From Takakia lepidozioides (lineage: Eukaryota > Plantae > Bryophyta), in contig CM060731.1 of NCBI GenBank assembly GCA_030704615.1, positions 79,112,001 through 79,176,000 on the forward strand: 64,000 bases of DNA, given 5' to 3'. Position 1 is the stretch's first letter. Every line of letters begins with the position of its first letter. The notes below the pieces were generated by a model. It ran no database searches, had not been told where the DNA came from, and saw nothing but the letters and a program-made list of their open reading frames with translations. Shown here piece after piece: positions 13,420 to 24,132 of this stretch. Made by a program: the position numbers and the translations under genes.

Positions 13420-15150
13420 AGTGAGTATTTATTGTCCTGCAACTAATATACATGCACACTTCTCACTGATATGCATACACAGCCAAAACTCCATTTTTTA
13501 TTACATCTAAGTTGAATTGAAACAATCAACTTTTTCTTTTTCGCTCTGTCTCCAAAGGCAAGAAGTGATCACCTGTAGTAGAAACTGGGTATCAGTCTGA
13601 CTTATATAGGACACTGAGAGTTCGTTAACACTCACCAGCAAAGAGTAGGGTATGCTTAGAGGAGGCTGCAAAAGAGAAAATTGGGACGCTGAGCTGTTTG
13701 TCACAAAGATGTCGCTGCCCAACGACATTAACACTGCAGCGACAGCCAACTCTTGCCACTACTCCAAATTCCATCAACAAACATGACGGGTCACTTGAAG
13801 AAGAGAGCAGAGAGTAATTACCTGTAACACAAATTAGAGAACAATTATGGTCAGATTGATGAGGTAAGACACCAGCCTGATCCTTGAAATTTGTAAATAT
13901 TTCTGGATACAGCTCATCTACCAATCATGTTGCCTTTACCAAAATACAATTACTCAGAAGGTAACAAACATATTGGGCATACCTCCACCTACATCAGTGG
14001 GATGGAGGAGGAGAGCAAGAAGAGCACTTTTGTGAAGATCTCTCTCCAGATACACTCCTGCACCAGCCAGACAAAGCTGAGACATTGTAATCTCTGCAGG
14101 AAGATTAAGAATTTCTTAAGTAACTGTGCTTGTGGGTCCTTAGGGACCCACGTCAAAAGGAACAGACAGAAGTGAAGAGGCTCATTTCCCCTGAGTGGAA
14201 GGCAGGACATGTGCAGAGAAGCACAAGCAGGAAGGAGAGAAAGAGTACCATGCCTGGCACGTTAGTTGTCTTGAAAGCAGTTTGGGGACATGTGAATGTC
14301 AATTGGCGTGTGCAACTTCTCTGCTGGAGCTCCTGTTACAAAGAGAGATCACGGCTCAGAAATAGGAACGTTTCTGATCCCAGAAAATGTGGTGTGTAGA
14401 TCGCATCCCAAATATCATGAGAAATATTTCAACTCTTTGATTACAACTTTTGAAATGCCTTGTAAACAAGCATGCAAATGAGCAATACTATGATGTTCCT
14501 GCCTTAGTGACTTGGCACCCTTCGCCATACAGTGCTGGCACCTCATGATCACTCATATTTCATCGATTTCATGAACATTGTGACACAGAAATGATACATT
14601 GTGGTATAAGTCAGGTACGAACAAGCAGATAAACAGATCTATCTTTCTGTCTGCACAGAGAGAGTGAGGACCTGTGATATTTGTTTAGACAGGCGTGCTG
14701 GCCCAATACAGTCACTCATGAGCAACCGCTGCAATCCTAGCGCCCCCACCATATTCACCTTGAGAGAGGTTGGGCAGATCCTCGAACAATTGGACGAGGT
14801 ATGGCTTCCCTCGAGCAATCCCGTTTTAAGAGAATTCCTACCATACCAAAGATGGTTGAGTTGAATCACACCATCATAATCGATGCTTGTTGTGTCACTT
14901 CAACTGAAGCTTTGGAAAAAAGGAAATCTTGAAGCTTTGGACAACTCACACATTTTATGCACGGCATCCAATGCACCTTGCATATATACCAGCTCAATGC
15001 ACTAGTGGGCATTTAGACTGGACTTCAACATGTAACCCCGTCTCAAAGTCGAACAAGGGTAGGTCTTCGATGGGCGATGGGTGACGGGCGTTGGTTTTAC
15101 ACAGGGAGGACATCGGCAATTTCGCTCCGCAGCCCGCGTGGCCACCATCG
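13420..15150. repeat. ~1.7-kb dispersed repeat module, copy A (other copies ~21360-23160 and partial ~53490-54516)
   Basis: Shared blocks in the same order, e.g. gtcctgcaactaatatacatgcac, aaagagtaggg..agaggaggctgcaaaagagaaa and gggacccacgtcaaaaggaacagacagaagtg in all three copies; gttgaatcacaccatcataatcgatgcttg in copies A and B. Confidence 0.9.
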
Positions 15151-15588
15151 CGTTTAGGTGCGTAATGTCTCCTGAGGAAAGAGCACTAAGTTAGATCAGC
15201 AGTTGATCAGGGTAAGAGATTGACAAAAGTGTGATGACAACCACTGATGAAACCCTGCAAAGCTTTTATTTACAAACTGACATGAGGTACAAAGTATGGA
15301 GAGTTCCCATAGCAAGGGAAGAGTTAACATAAAGAAATGAAAAAGAAAGCATATCAAGCTAATCAAACCAAATGGTCATCCCATCCAACTGCCTGAATGA
15401 CATCAGACAAAGATGGGTGTGACTGTGAACCTAAAGTAGGTAATGGCTAGGTAAAAATTTCCTTCTCTCAAACAACTACGAAGGCTAAATCCCACAAATG
15501 GTTCTTCACTTCTGTTGTTATTTTCCATTTTCTCTGCATGAGAAGAATGCCGTCTAGCAATCTACATAAACTCTGGGAAGTTGCAGAT

Positions 15589-15748
15589 TCAGGCTGCTGC
15601 TGCAGCAATTCCATCATGGGGTTTGGACCCTTCTTCCCTCTTTGCTTTCTTGGCCTGATAATCTTTCACAGCTGCTTTAATTGCATCTTCGGCAAGCATG
15701 CTGCAGTGTAGGTTCAGAGGCGGAAGTTAAAGGTGCTTTGCAATGTCA
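15589..15748 (-). pseudogene. Orphan last exon of an ISU/IscU Fe-S scaffold gene with premature stop
   Basis: After the tctcag acceptor it reads DIAKHL*LPPLNLHCSMLAEDAIKAAVKDYQAKK..AAAAA* (IscU LPPVKLHCSMLAEDAIKAA motif). Inverted paralogue of 28568-28727. Confidence 0.88.
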
Positions 15749-16325
15749 CTGAGACACACCACAACCAAGGTAAAACGATACACTGTCAAACTCCACATCC
15801 ATTCGTGGTGGATTTTCATTCCATTTTTGAAACAGCAGGTCTGTTGGTGACTTCAAACCGACAGGCATAGGGAGTGGAATAATCAGAAAATCTTCTTCCC
15901 GGGCTTGTCTATTTCTCTGCAGAAATCATTCGTCAAACTCCGTAGTACCTCTGTAGTGTATGGTGTTGAAGCCATTTGGTTGCCAAGGATTTTATCTGGG
16001 TAGTAGGATCTTGACTTGGTGTTGTCTGTTTTGGAGCTCGCTTGGAGCTTCATGTTAGAAGGTGTTCAGTTTTCTCAAGAGGTTACAGCTGAGTTGTTCA
16101 CGAGCATATCAAATCAACTACATGATCTCCAGTAAAGCTTTAGTTGGATGTTTGTCTTTGCCAAAAGTTGATGTCTTCCAGATTTCATGTCAGAGGTGAT
16201 AGAAGTTTTGTCACACAAACTGACGATTTTGTTTGAATGAGTTATGATTACTCTGACGATTGTACCTACGGAAGCTTCGAGGGCCATCATAGATGCTCAA
16301 CTAGGCAAGTAGTTTCATCAATCAT

Positions 16326-16525
16326 TCACGAGAAGGTAGTCGTTAACAGCCTTCACGATGTTGGATCCTTTGATAAATATGAGCCGAATATAGGAACGGG
16401 ATTGGTGGGAGTTTCAGCTTGCGGGGATGGAGCTGCAGATAAGGGTGGATGAAGCTACTGGCACAATGGTTGCTTCCTGCTTCAGACCTTTCCATGCGGG
16501 CTGCCATTGCCTCACCCTCTGTTGG
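16326..16525 (+). pseudogene. Degenerate N-terminal coding exon of an ISU/IscU gene
   Basis: HEKVV..DVGSFDKYEPNIGTGLVGVSACGD, then after frameshifts LQIRVDEATGTMVASCF..AIASPSV and a gtaatt donor. Matches the IscU pattern YHEKVIDHY..NVGSFDK..VGTGLVGAPACGDVMKLQIKVD..FGCGSAIASSS. Confidence 0.82.
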
Positions 16526-17331
16526 TAATTGGACAGATAGTTTACCAGGAAGTTGCAAATATCTTTCCAGTTGACAGTATCCCTCATGGGTGTTGACCAG
16601 TGCCTGGGTGTTGACCAGTGCCGCTCTCCTGCACTCAACCAGATTGATGCTGTGTGATTCTGATGTTCAAAAGATCACATCTTCCTTTCTAGATGAATTG
16701 CTCATTTTTATGCATATGCATTCTCTTACTGTAATTGAACTGTGTGGGGCCCGGGGACACAGGCGAAGGCTTCCTTGAGCAACCTGTAGCATTGGACCTC
16801 CAAATCATTGTCAAAAATGCAAAGGATTTGGGCACCTTGCCCTCAGACCAGTAAAGGATCTTTGACAAGACCCACAAACTCCTCAGATTAGCAGGGCTTT
16901 TGTGAAGATCCTCTCTCACATCCAACGCTTGAATCTCCATCAACATGGGTTACAGGAAGATCCTGGCATTTGGCAACCAACACCTGAAGCTCCTCCAAGC
17001 CGTTTGTCTGGAACAATGGAAAGAGACGGCAATGAGATGAATATTTGGGAATTTGAGGCAGGTTGGAGTTAAGTCATGTTCAGAAAACGTTCTTGAGCAT
17101 GGGAGGCTTCACAAGTCCCTCCGCCCCCTATAGCTACTAGTTCTTTAATACCACCTCCTCGCCGCCCCAAACGCACTGCATGTCTGGAGACCTGCCAAAT
17201 GGATTATGGTCAGCCTTAGGAATCCCTAACTGCCCTGCAATTTCTAGGTGAAGACAAGGACCGTTTTTCATGTACATAGGCAAGCATCTATGACAGACAG
17301 CTGCCTGAAGGAATAGGAACAAAGAGGGAGG

Positions 17332-18079
17332 GGGCAGTTGCAGGGTACGGTGGACCAAAAACGGACCTTTTTTCCATGAAAGTTCATATAGGTACCTCAA
17401 ATTGAGGGAATTTATTCAAATATTTAGATATGATATATTTACACACTTTTAATAAAAAGTCCCAACCCCAAATAGGTTAAAATTGTTTTATTAGAAATTT
17501 TAGTATTTAATTTTGAAAAATAAAAATAAAAATTATTTCTAATAATTAGAGATTTTTGAACTTTTTTCATATATCACTTGGTACCTTTAGAGTATGGGTT
17601 TTTACACCTTTTTAGTAATGATGATATCCCAAGCCTCTAAATGATGATGATGTATATTAGGGAAAATACACTGCAGTTTGGGTACAGTGTTTAGTATAAA
17701 TTAGTCAATACTTCTCATTATTGATATTTTTAGTCCATATAAAAGTTCATTTGGGTAGCTTTCAAAAATGGCACCCCTAATGCGTTTTCCTTTTTGCTAT
17801 TACTTAGGTGTATATAATGTTTTTTAGTCCATAAGGTTTTTCGTGTGTAACACTGCAGTCCATAAGATTCAACTTAAAGAGTCCATAGCTCTTTCATAGA
17901 TGATCCTTTTTACAATAAATTTTTTTGAGTATGTCTCTACTGTAGTTACAACTCTTAGACCGTATAAACTTGTATGAAATATTGAGTTGTGATTTTATTG
18001 TAAAAGGTGTCATGAATGGAGGTCACTGCAAAACTGCCATGTTACGCAGTTTTTGGTCCACCGTAGCCTGCAACTACCC
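17332..18079. mobile_element. Non-autonomous TIR DNA transposon (MITE-like, ~750 bp, AT-rich)
   Basis: ~31-bp imperfect TIRs: GGGCAGTTGCAGGGTACGGTGGACCAAAAAC at the left end, and GGGTAGTTGCAGGCTACGGTGGACCAAAAAC as the reverse complement of the right end. The element is absent at the paralogous site (~50200, aaagaggggcagtggacat). TSD not clearly resolved. Confidence 0.88.
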
Positions 18080-19084
18080 GACAGTGGACATGATCAGCAA
18101 TCTACTGCTAGCCTAACTCTAAATGAGTGGAGTAGAAAGAGCTTTCCTTAGAAGTTGCTGAGATTGACCAATGGGTTTCTGCCTCTAGTTTGATTCAAAT
18201 GGTGATAGTTTGGTAGTTTGATCGAAAAGACATGGAGATGTTTAATAGAGTACATCCAGCATCCCTACCCAAGTTCAACTAGACTATGTACAGCAATCTT
18301 TTGGTACTTGATCCGATGTGGTTAGGAGATCGGGAGGTATTCATTGGTAATTCAAACTTTGCAAAAAACTACAGTTATCTCCTTCGTTTGAATGGCATAA
18401 TTGTTCATGCCAATTGTGGTCAGGAAGTCTTTTGTGCCTTCATTAACTTATCATAACCTCCACCACTGATACTGTCATGGTTCCCCTGGTTCTTGCGATC
18501 CTGCCCCAGGCCCATTTTGGATAGACAAAAGGAAGAGGGCGAATTTGTAGTGCTGAAATAACATCCAAACACTTCCGTAAGCCTTTTCATGGAAAGCATG
18601 CACCTCCATCACGGGCGTGTCTACTCCAATGGCTCGAGTGCATGACTAGTTGTTGAACCCTGTGGCAGGGGCAAGAGAAGGTATCTGTCATTCACTTTGC
18701 TGAGATTCTTGGCTTTGGGGTTTGTTCTCGGAATTGTAGGGAGGCATATCTAACAGGGAACCGATTGTGCTGAAAATTATGTTCAAGCCTACATCAACTG
18801 TCATTGTACATTCTCATACTTCCAAGCTCCATGGTGATCATAGAAAACCAACCTCATCTAACCTTTCATTGTGTTCAATAAGCTGACCTAATGCACGGTG
18901 CCTTGACGTAGTTTCCTTTTAGGTACAAGCACACACATGGGCTAAGAGGAAAACCAGCTCATCGCTACGGCTCCACTCAATGTATGCTGCATTCAAGCAT
19001 TTTCGTTGTTGTTCCACATGTCTTTTGTCCTTCCTTCAGTAGAGATGGCAAGGGTACTACACATAGTATCTCAATGGTTCAAAG

Positions 19085-19260
19085 CTCCTTGGTGAATTGC
19101 TAATGAGACATTGTGGAAGTGTGAAAGAAGTGTTGGACAGAATGACTAAACGAGATGTAGTTGGATAGAGTGCAATGATGCCAGCATACTAATGTTGGGT
19201 ACTGGTTAGGAGGGCTTCAAGAGTTATGAGCACATAAAGGGACAACCAACTTCATCACAT
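19085..19260 (+). pseudogene. Highly degenerate PPR (S-P-L motif) remnant; paralogue at ~51155-51345
   Basis: Reads CGSVKEVLDRMTKRDVVG*SAMMPAY, matching the PLS consensus CGS..A..VFD.M..RDVVSW.AMI..Y, with stops and indels. Confidence 0.6.
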
Positions 19261-19442
19261 CAATATGCATGCTGCATATTCTAATCTTGCCCCACCACAA
19301 CTTTTGAAAAATTAATCTCTTTCAAAGTAAACACGGGCACCACATGGCAACAAGGGAAGGGAAAGAAGAAGCCATACAAGTCTCCCCGTCTCTTGCACTA
19401 TGATGGAATTGGAACATGTTCCAAAACAAAAGAACAGCTTGT

Positions 19443-20546
19443 CTAGACTTTTGCACCAAAACTAAGACCGCCAACCAAACCCACAATGTACAGGTGTGGC
19501 ATGGTCCCTCTTTGTAATTCAGGTGGAAATCCAGTGGACGTCCATGTGTGTTGCTTCATGTCATACATCACAATTACTTCATTAGGTCTCGTCCACATGA
19601 ATAAGAGATTGTCATGGCTCACCACTTGAAAATAGTACGTGGTTCCTGGAATCTCAGTTCTTGCAATCTCCAGCCACTCTGCACTCGTTGCAGAACCTTT
19701 CAACTCCCACACACAAATTGTTGGTGAGACGTGCATTTGATCGCGAGGCGGCCCAACCATCCACAGGCGCCCCTCACTCTCTACAAGTCGACAATTCCAA
19801 CCACGTCCACCAAAGTCGTCAGGCATCCGTGCAGCAACTTTAGTCCACGCACCCGTGCCAATGTCACAAGCCATCACAATGTTGTCTTTCTCTTTCTCAA
19901 GTATGTAAAATAGAGCAAAGAGAGTAGGGCCGCATATCACACTTCCTCTACAATGCGCATCAACTTCTGTGGGCATGTTTCCAGTCTCGGTCCAACACTC
20001 GCATGTTGAGTCATAGATGTGCGTTCTCCAACGTCGTCGTCCTTCGGGGTAGTTGTATGACATCATAAGGACCTTGTAGGTGTTGCTGCATCTATCCACA
20101 ATCATATTCACCATCTCCACATATTCTGAATTGTCGTGAGGCAGGGCAGGCAATTGTGTGGAAGTGTTCAACAGAGGATTGCACACAATCAATAAGTCCT
20201 TGTCCATCAACATGCAAAATAAGCCTCCATCTGCAGCATGAACTCCGTATATGGAATTATCCTTGGGGAGTTTGAGGTCGATCTTTTGCCACCGTCGAGT
20301 TGTGGGCGCATACCACATACAACAATCGTGGTAGTATACATCCTTGCAGTATTTGCCTAAAAACAAGACATAGGAGTGTTGGTGAAGAGGGAAGTGCTGA
20401 CAGAGTTGTTGGAACCAAGCAGTGGATGGGAGGGAGTTCCACAGCTTGCACACCGACTTAAAGCGGGCAAGACTTGGATATGGCAAACAGGCCAACACTA
20501 CCGTCACTAACTCGAAAGGGAGCCTGCTCCATATCTCCACCTCCAT
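19443..20546 (-). CDS. F-box protein with kelch/FBA-like C-terminal beta domain, intronless (paralogue 1)
   Basis: Open ORF. N-terminal F-box WSRLPFELVTVVLACLPYPSLARFKSVCKLWN, then AADGGLFC, IVCNPL, YKVL, IYDS..W and RLVESEGRLWMV motifs typical of plant F-box/kelch-like proteins. Likely ATG at 20546 (MEVEIW). Confidence 0.9.
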   Translation of the reverse strand: MEVEIWSRLPFELVTVVLACLPYPSLARFKSVCKLWNSLPSTAWFQQLCQHFPLHQHSYVLFLGKYCKDVYYHDCCMWYAPTTRRWQKIDLKLPKDNSIYGVHAADGGLFCMLMDKDLLIVCNPLLNTSTQLPALPHDNSEYVEMVNMIVDRCSNTYKVLMMSYNYPEGRRRWRTHIYDSTCECWTETGNMPTEVDAHCRGSVICGPTLFALFYILEKEKDNIVMACDIGTGAWTKVAARMPDDFGGRGWNCRLVESEGRLWMVGPPRDQMHVSPTICVWELKGSATSAEWLEIARTEIPGTTYYFQVVSHDNLLFMWTRPNEVIVMYDMKQHTWTSTGFPPELQRGTMPHLYIVGLVGGLSFGAKV

Positions 20547-21359
20547 ATTGCCCGGCCACAAAACCTCTCTAATCCGTTCTTGTGATCGTAACACGGAGCT
20601 TGGGACAAGAGACGTGTAGGGAAGGTATGAACCAGTGAAGCACCGCAAGTGTTCCTTGCCCCGAGTGAAGAATTTTCAAAAGAACTTCTCTACGAACGTA
20701 AAGAAAGAGTCAGCCTATGAGAATTCATACCCATGAGCCCGACTATTGTTGGTATCATTTCTGTGCTATCAAAAGAAAGCCTCGCTCTTGCTTTTGCTAT
20801 TCTGGTACTTGAACCTTCTTTGCTCGCCATCCACTTCCCTTTTACTATTTCCAGCCCTGCTTTTTGTTTGGTGGTCTGCACATAGAAACCCTAAAAATTC
20901 TTGAAAAATCCTTCCATGTGCGAGAAATCGGGAGGAGATGGCAGAGTGCAAGCTGGATTCGCCGCTCTTGTGACTCCTCCTTTCTTGGTCGGTCTTCAAC
21001 AGTATCAAGGGATGGAAAAGGGGCTGCTCATGTTGCAGACACATTTCATTTCCAGTGCTGGTTGCAGTCCACAAGGCGCTACCAGCGCAGGCACGGGAAA
21101 GCCTAGTATCTTCCATCCAGAGCTGTCTACAACTTACTCGGGTTCAAAGCATGTGGTGGTATTATCCACTATAACTGAATTCAAGCCTAGAAAATTTGAG
21201 TTCAAAGAGGGATTGTGCACACGAGGACCTTCAGAAAAGATGCCAGCGCAGAAGCGGAATCAAATAGTGCAGCTCCTATGTTGCTCTATTTGATGCCACC
21301 GCTGAGGAGGTACCCTGTGCTTTACTTGCTTGATTCATGTGCAATGTAATGGATAACCT

Positions 21360-23160
21360 GTAAGTGTTTAGTGTCCTGCAACTAATATACATGCACATTC
21401 TGCATACATAGCCAAAACTCCATTCCTGATTACATATATGTTGCATTGAAGGAATCAAAACTTCTTTTTTGTCACTGTCTCCTGTTTTTCTCCTGTAGTA
21501 TAATCTTAGTTTCACTCTGACTCATTTCGAATGTTCGTTAACACTCACCATCAAAGAGTAGGGTATGCTTAGAGGAGGCTGCAAAAGAGAAATTTGGGAC
21601 GCTGAGCTGTTTGTCACAAAGATGTCACTGCCCAATGACATGAACTCTGCTGTGACTGCCAACTGACGGGTCACTTGAAGAAGAGAGCAAAGAGAAATTA
21701 CCTGTAACAAATTAGAGAACAACTCTGGTCAGACTGATGAGTTAAGACACCAGCCTGATCCTTGAACATGTTTGGATACAGCTCATCTATCACTCCTGTT
21801 GCCTTTACCAAAACACATTACTCATAAGGTAACAAACATATTGGGCATACCTACACCTACATCAGTGAGATGGAGGAGGAGAGCAAGAGCACTTTTGTGA
21901 TCCAGATACACTCCTGCACCAGCCACACAAAGCTGAGCCTTTATAAGATCTCAGGAAGATTAAGAATCTCTTAAATTGTTGCGCTTGTGGGTCCATAGGG
22001 ACCCACGTCAAAAGGAACAGACAGAAGTGAAGAGTTGTGCTCATTTGCCCTGAGTGGAAGGTTGCAGAGAAGCATGAGCAGGAAGGAGAGAAAGAGTTCC
22101 ATGCCTTGCACGTTATTTGTCTTGAAAGCACATTGGGACATGTGAATGTCGATTGGCGTGTGCACCTTCCCTGCCTGAGCTCCTGTTACCATGGCTCAGC
22201 AATAGGAAGGTTTCTGAACACAAAAGTGCACAATGTGGTGTGTATATGTGTGAAGCATCCCAAATATCATGAGAAATTTTTCAACTGTTTGATAAAATCT
22301 TTGAAATGCCTTGTAAAACAAACACACAAATGAACAATACTATGTTCCAGCCTTAGTGAATTGGCACATTTTCAGTATTGGAGAACTTTTACATACTTCA
22401 AATGTCTCATCTGTAGCATCTCAATCTCGTGTTAATATGCAACCACCCTTTCCCTTTCCAACCGGTCTGAGGAAACATATGCAAACGAACGAGTTCAAGT
22501 TCTGAGTTGAGAATTGTAACAATAAGCGGTTGTTACAATCTCAATCTCATATTAAGATTGGACCCTTCACCATAAAGATCTGTCATCGAACATTGTGGTA
22601 CAGAAATGATACATTGAGGTCTAAGTCAGGTACGAACAAGCAGATAGACAGACCTATTTTTCTGTCTGCACAGAGAGAGAGAGAGGACCTCTGATATTTG
22701 TTTAGACAGGAGTGCTGGCCCAATACAGTCACTCATGAGCAACCGCTGCAATCCAAGCGCCTCCACCATATTCATCCTGAGAGAGGTTGGCCAGATCCTC
22801 GAACAATTGGACGAGGAATGGCTTATCTCGAGCAATCCCGAGCAATCGAGCAGGAATTGTGCACGGACAAAATGGTTGAGTTGAATCACACCATCATAAT
22901 CGATGCTTGTTGTGTCACTTCAACTGAAGCTTTGGAGAAAAGAAAAGCTTGAAGCTTTGGACAACTCACACATTTTATGCACGGCATCCAATGCACTGCA
23001 TATGTACAGCTCAATGCACTAGTGGGCATCTAGACTGGGCTTGAACAAAATTCGAACAGGGGCAGGTCTTGTGGACGCTGTAATGACCCATCTTCATTGG
23101 GCTGGGTTGACACTGATCAGCAATTTCGGTCCGCAGTCCGCGTGGCCACCATCGCCACCG
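21360..23160. repeat. ~1.7-kb dispersed repeat module, copy B
   Basis: Colinear with 13420-15150, with indels. Confidence 0.88.
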
Positions 23161-24132
23161 ACCCTGGAAAGGATGACACAGGCGTGGCAGGAGCAGGGCC
23201 ATGCACCAGTTGGGCTGTAGTGAGTGAGTTCTATATCTACGTTCGTTTTACGACGTCTCGTCACAAAGCTCGCTTTCGTCATTGCACCGATTCAGATATC
23301 AAAATCTCCCAGGCAAGAGAAGCGCTAAGTTGCTACTCCTCACTCACTGCCTGTGTATCAGGAAGATTGTATAGGTACAGTCAGGAGAATACAGATGTCA
23401 GATAAAATCGTGCAGATTGTGTAGAAACATTCGTGGCTCAAATTGATTGTTGGTATCCGCCAGTGTTGGACTCCTGCTTTTAAAATTACGCTTCTCTCCA
23501 TCTGTGTTTCTTACTACCAGACACACGCAACTCCAAGTACCGTAGATGGAACAAGTGTTGGTGAGGAATTCTGTGCCGTCATTCTGTTGTCAAGCCGTTT
23601 GTCTGCCTGCTTTCAAGTATCTGTCATCAGCGGCTCCCATTGAAACATTTGGAGGAAGACTAGGAAGAGAAAGGCCGCCAGTTTCGCTCCTCAATAACAT
23701 TAGAAAGACTTGGAAACCGTCTGGTAATTGTCTGTCTTTGTCGTCTCCGATAGATTGGATTGTAGTCTTCTCCACAGAGAGAAGAAGTCGTGAGAGTTTT
23801 GCAATTTTTGCATGTGCTCTCAGTTCAGCTATACATCAGACTCATCTCGACAGATTGTATCGATCTAAGACCTTTGTCTCGTGAATTTACCAAAGTTTTT
23901 GGTAAGGGACAGTTTGAATTTAACGAAAGAGCTTGAGTTGGTCTGAACCCGTAAAGTAATAAAAAAAAATTTCCAGCTAGGCTGCTGGCCTTTTGTAAAC
24001 GACGGATTTAGAGCAGGTGTGCCATCGCTTTAGAATGACCCCCGCTCATTGGTGATGGTTGGCTTGAGAAGACTATGCAGTATGCAGTATGCAGCTAAAC
24101 TTGACGACAACTTGAAATCTGCTTGAGCATTT

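Larger units (their letters stand above)
17091..22367. repeat. Segmental duplication copy 1 (F-box cassette); direct paralogue of ~49940-54516
   Basis: Colinear near-identity from gggaggcttca..ctagttct.taataccacctcctcgccgc through the F-box gene and its upstream region to ccagccttagtga.ttggcac. Confidence 0.93.

Noticed and set aside
20690-21293. Short ORFs upstream of the F-box gene that are conserved in the second copy
   Set aside because: Conservation is explained by the recent duplication, and the longer frames are broken by indels between copies; probably UTR or promoter.
23217-23891. Possible solo LTR (TGTAGT...TTTACCA)
   Set aside because: No matching TSD (tgggc vs aagtt) and no second copy in the window, so it cannot be supported.
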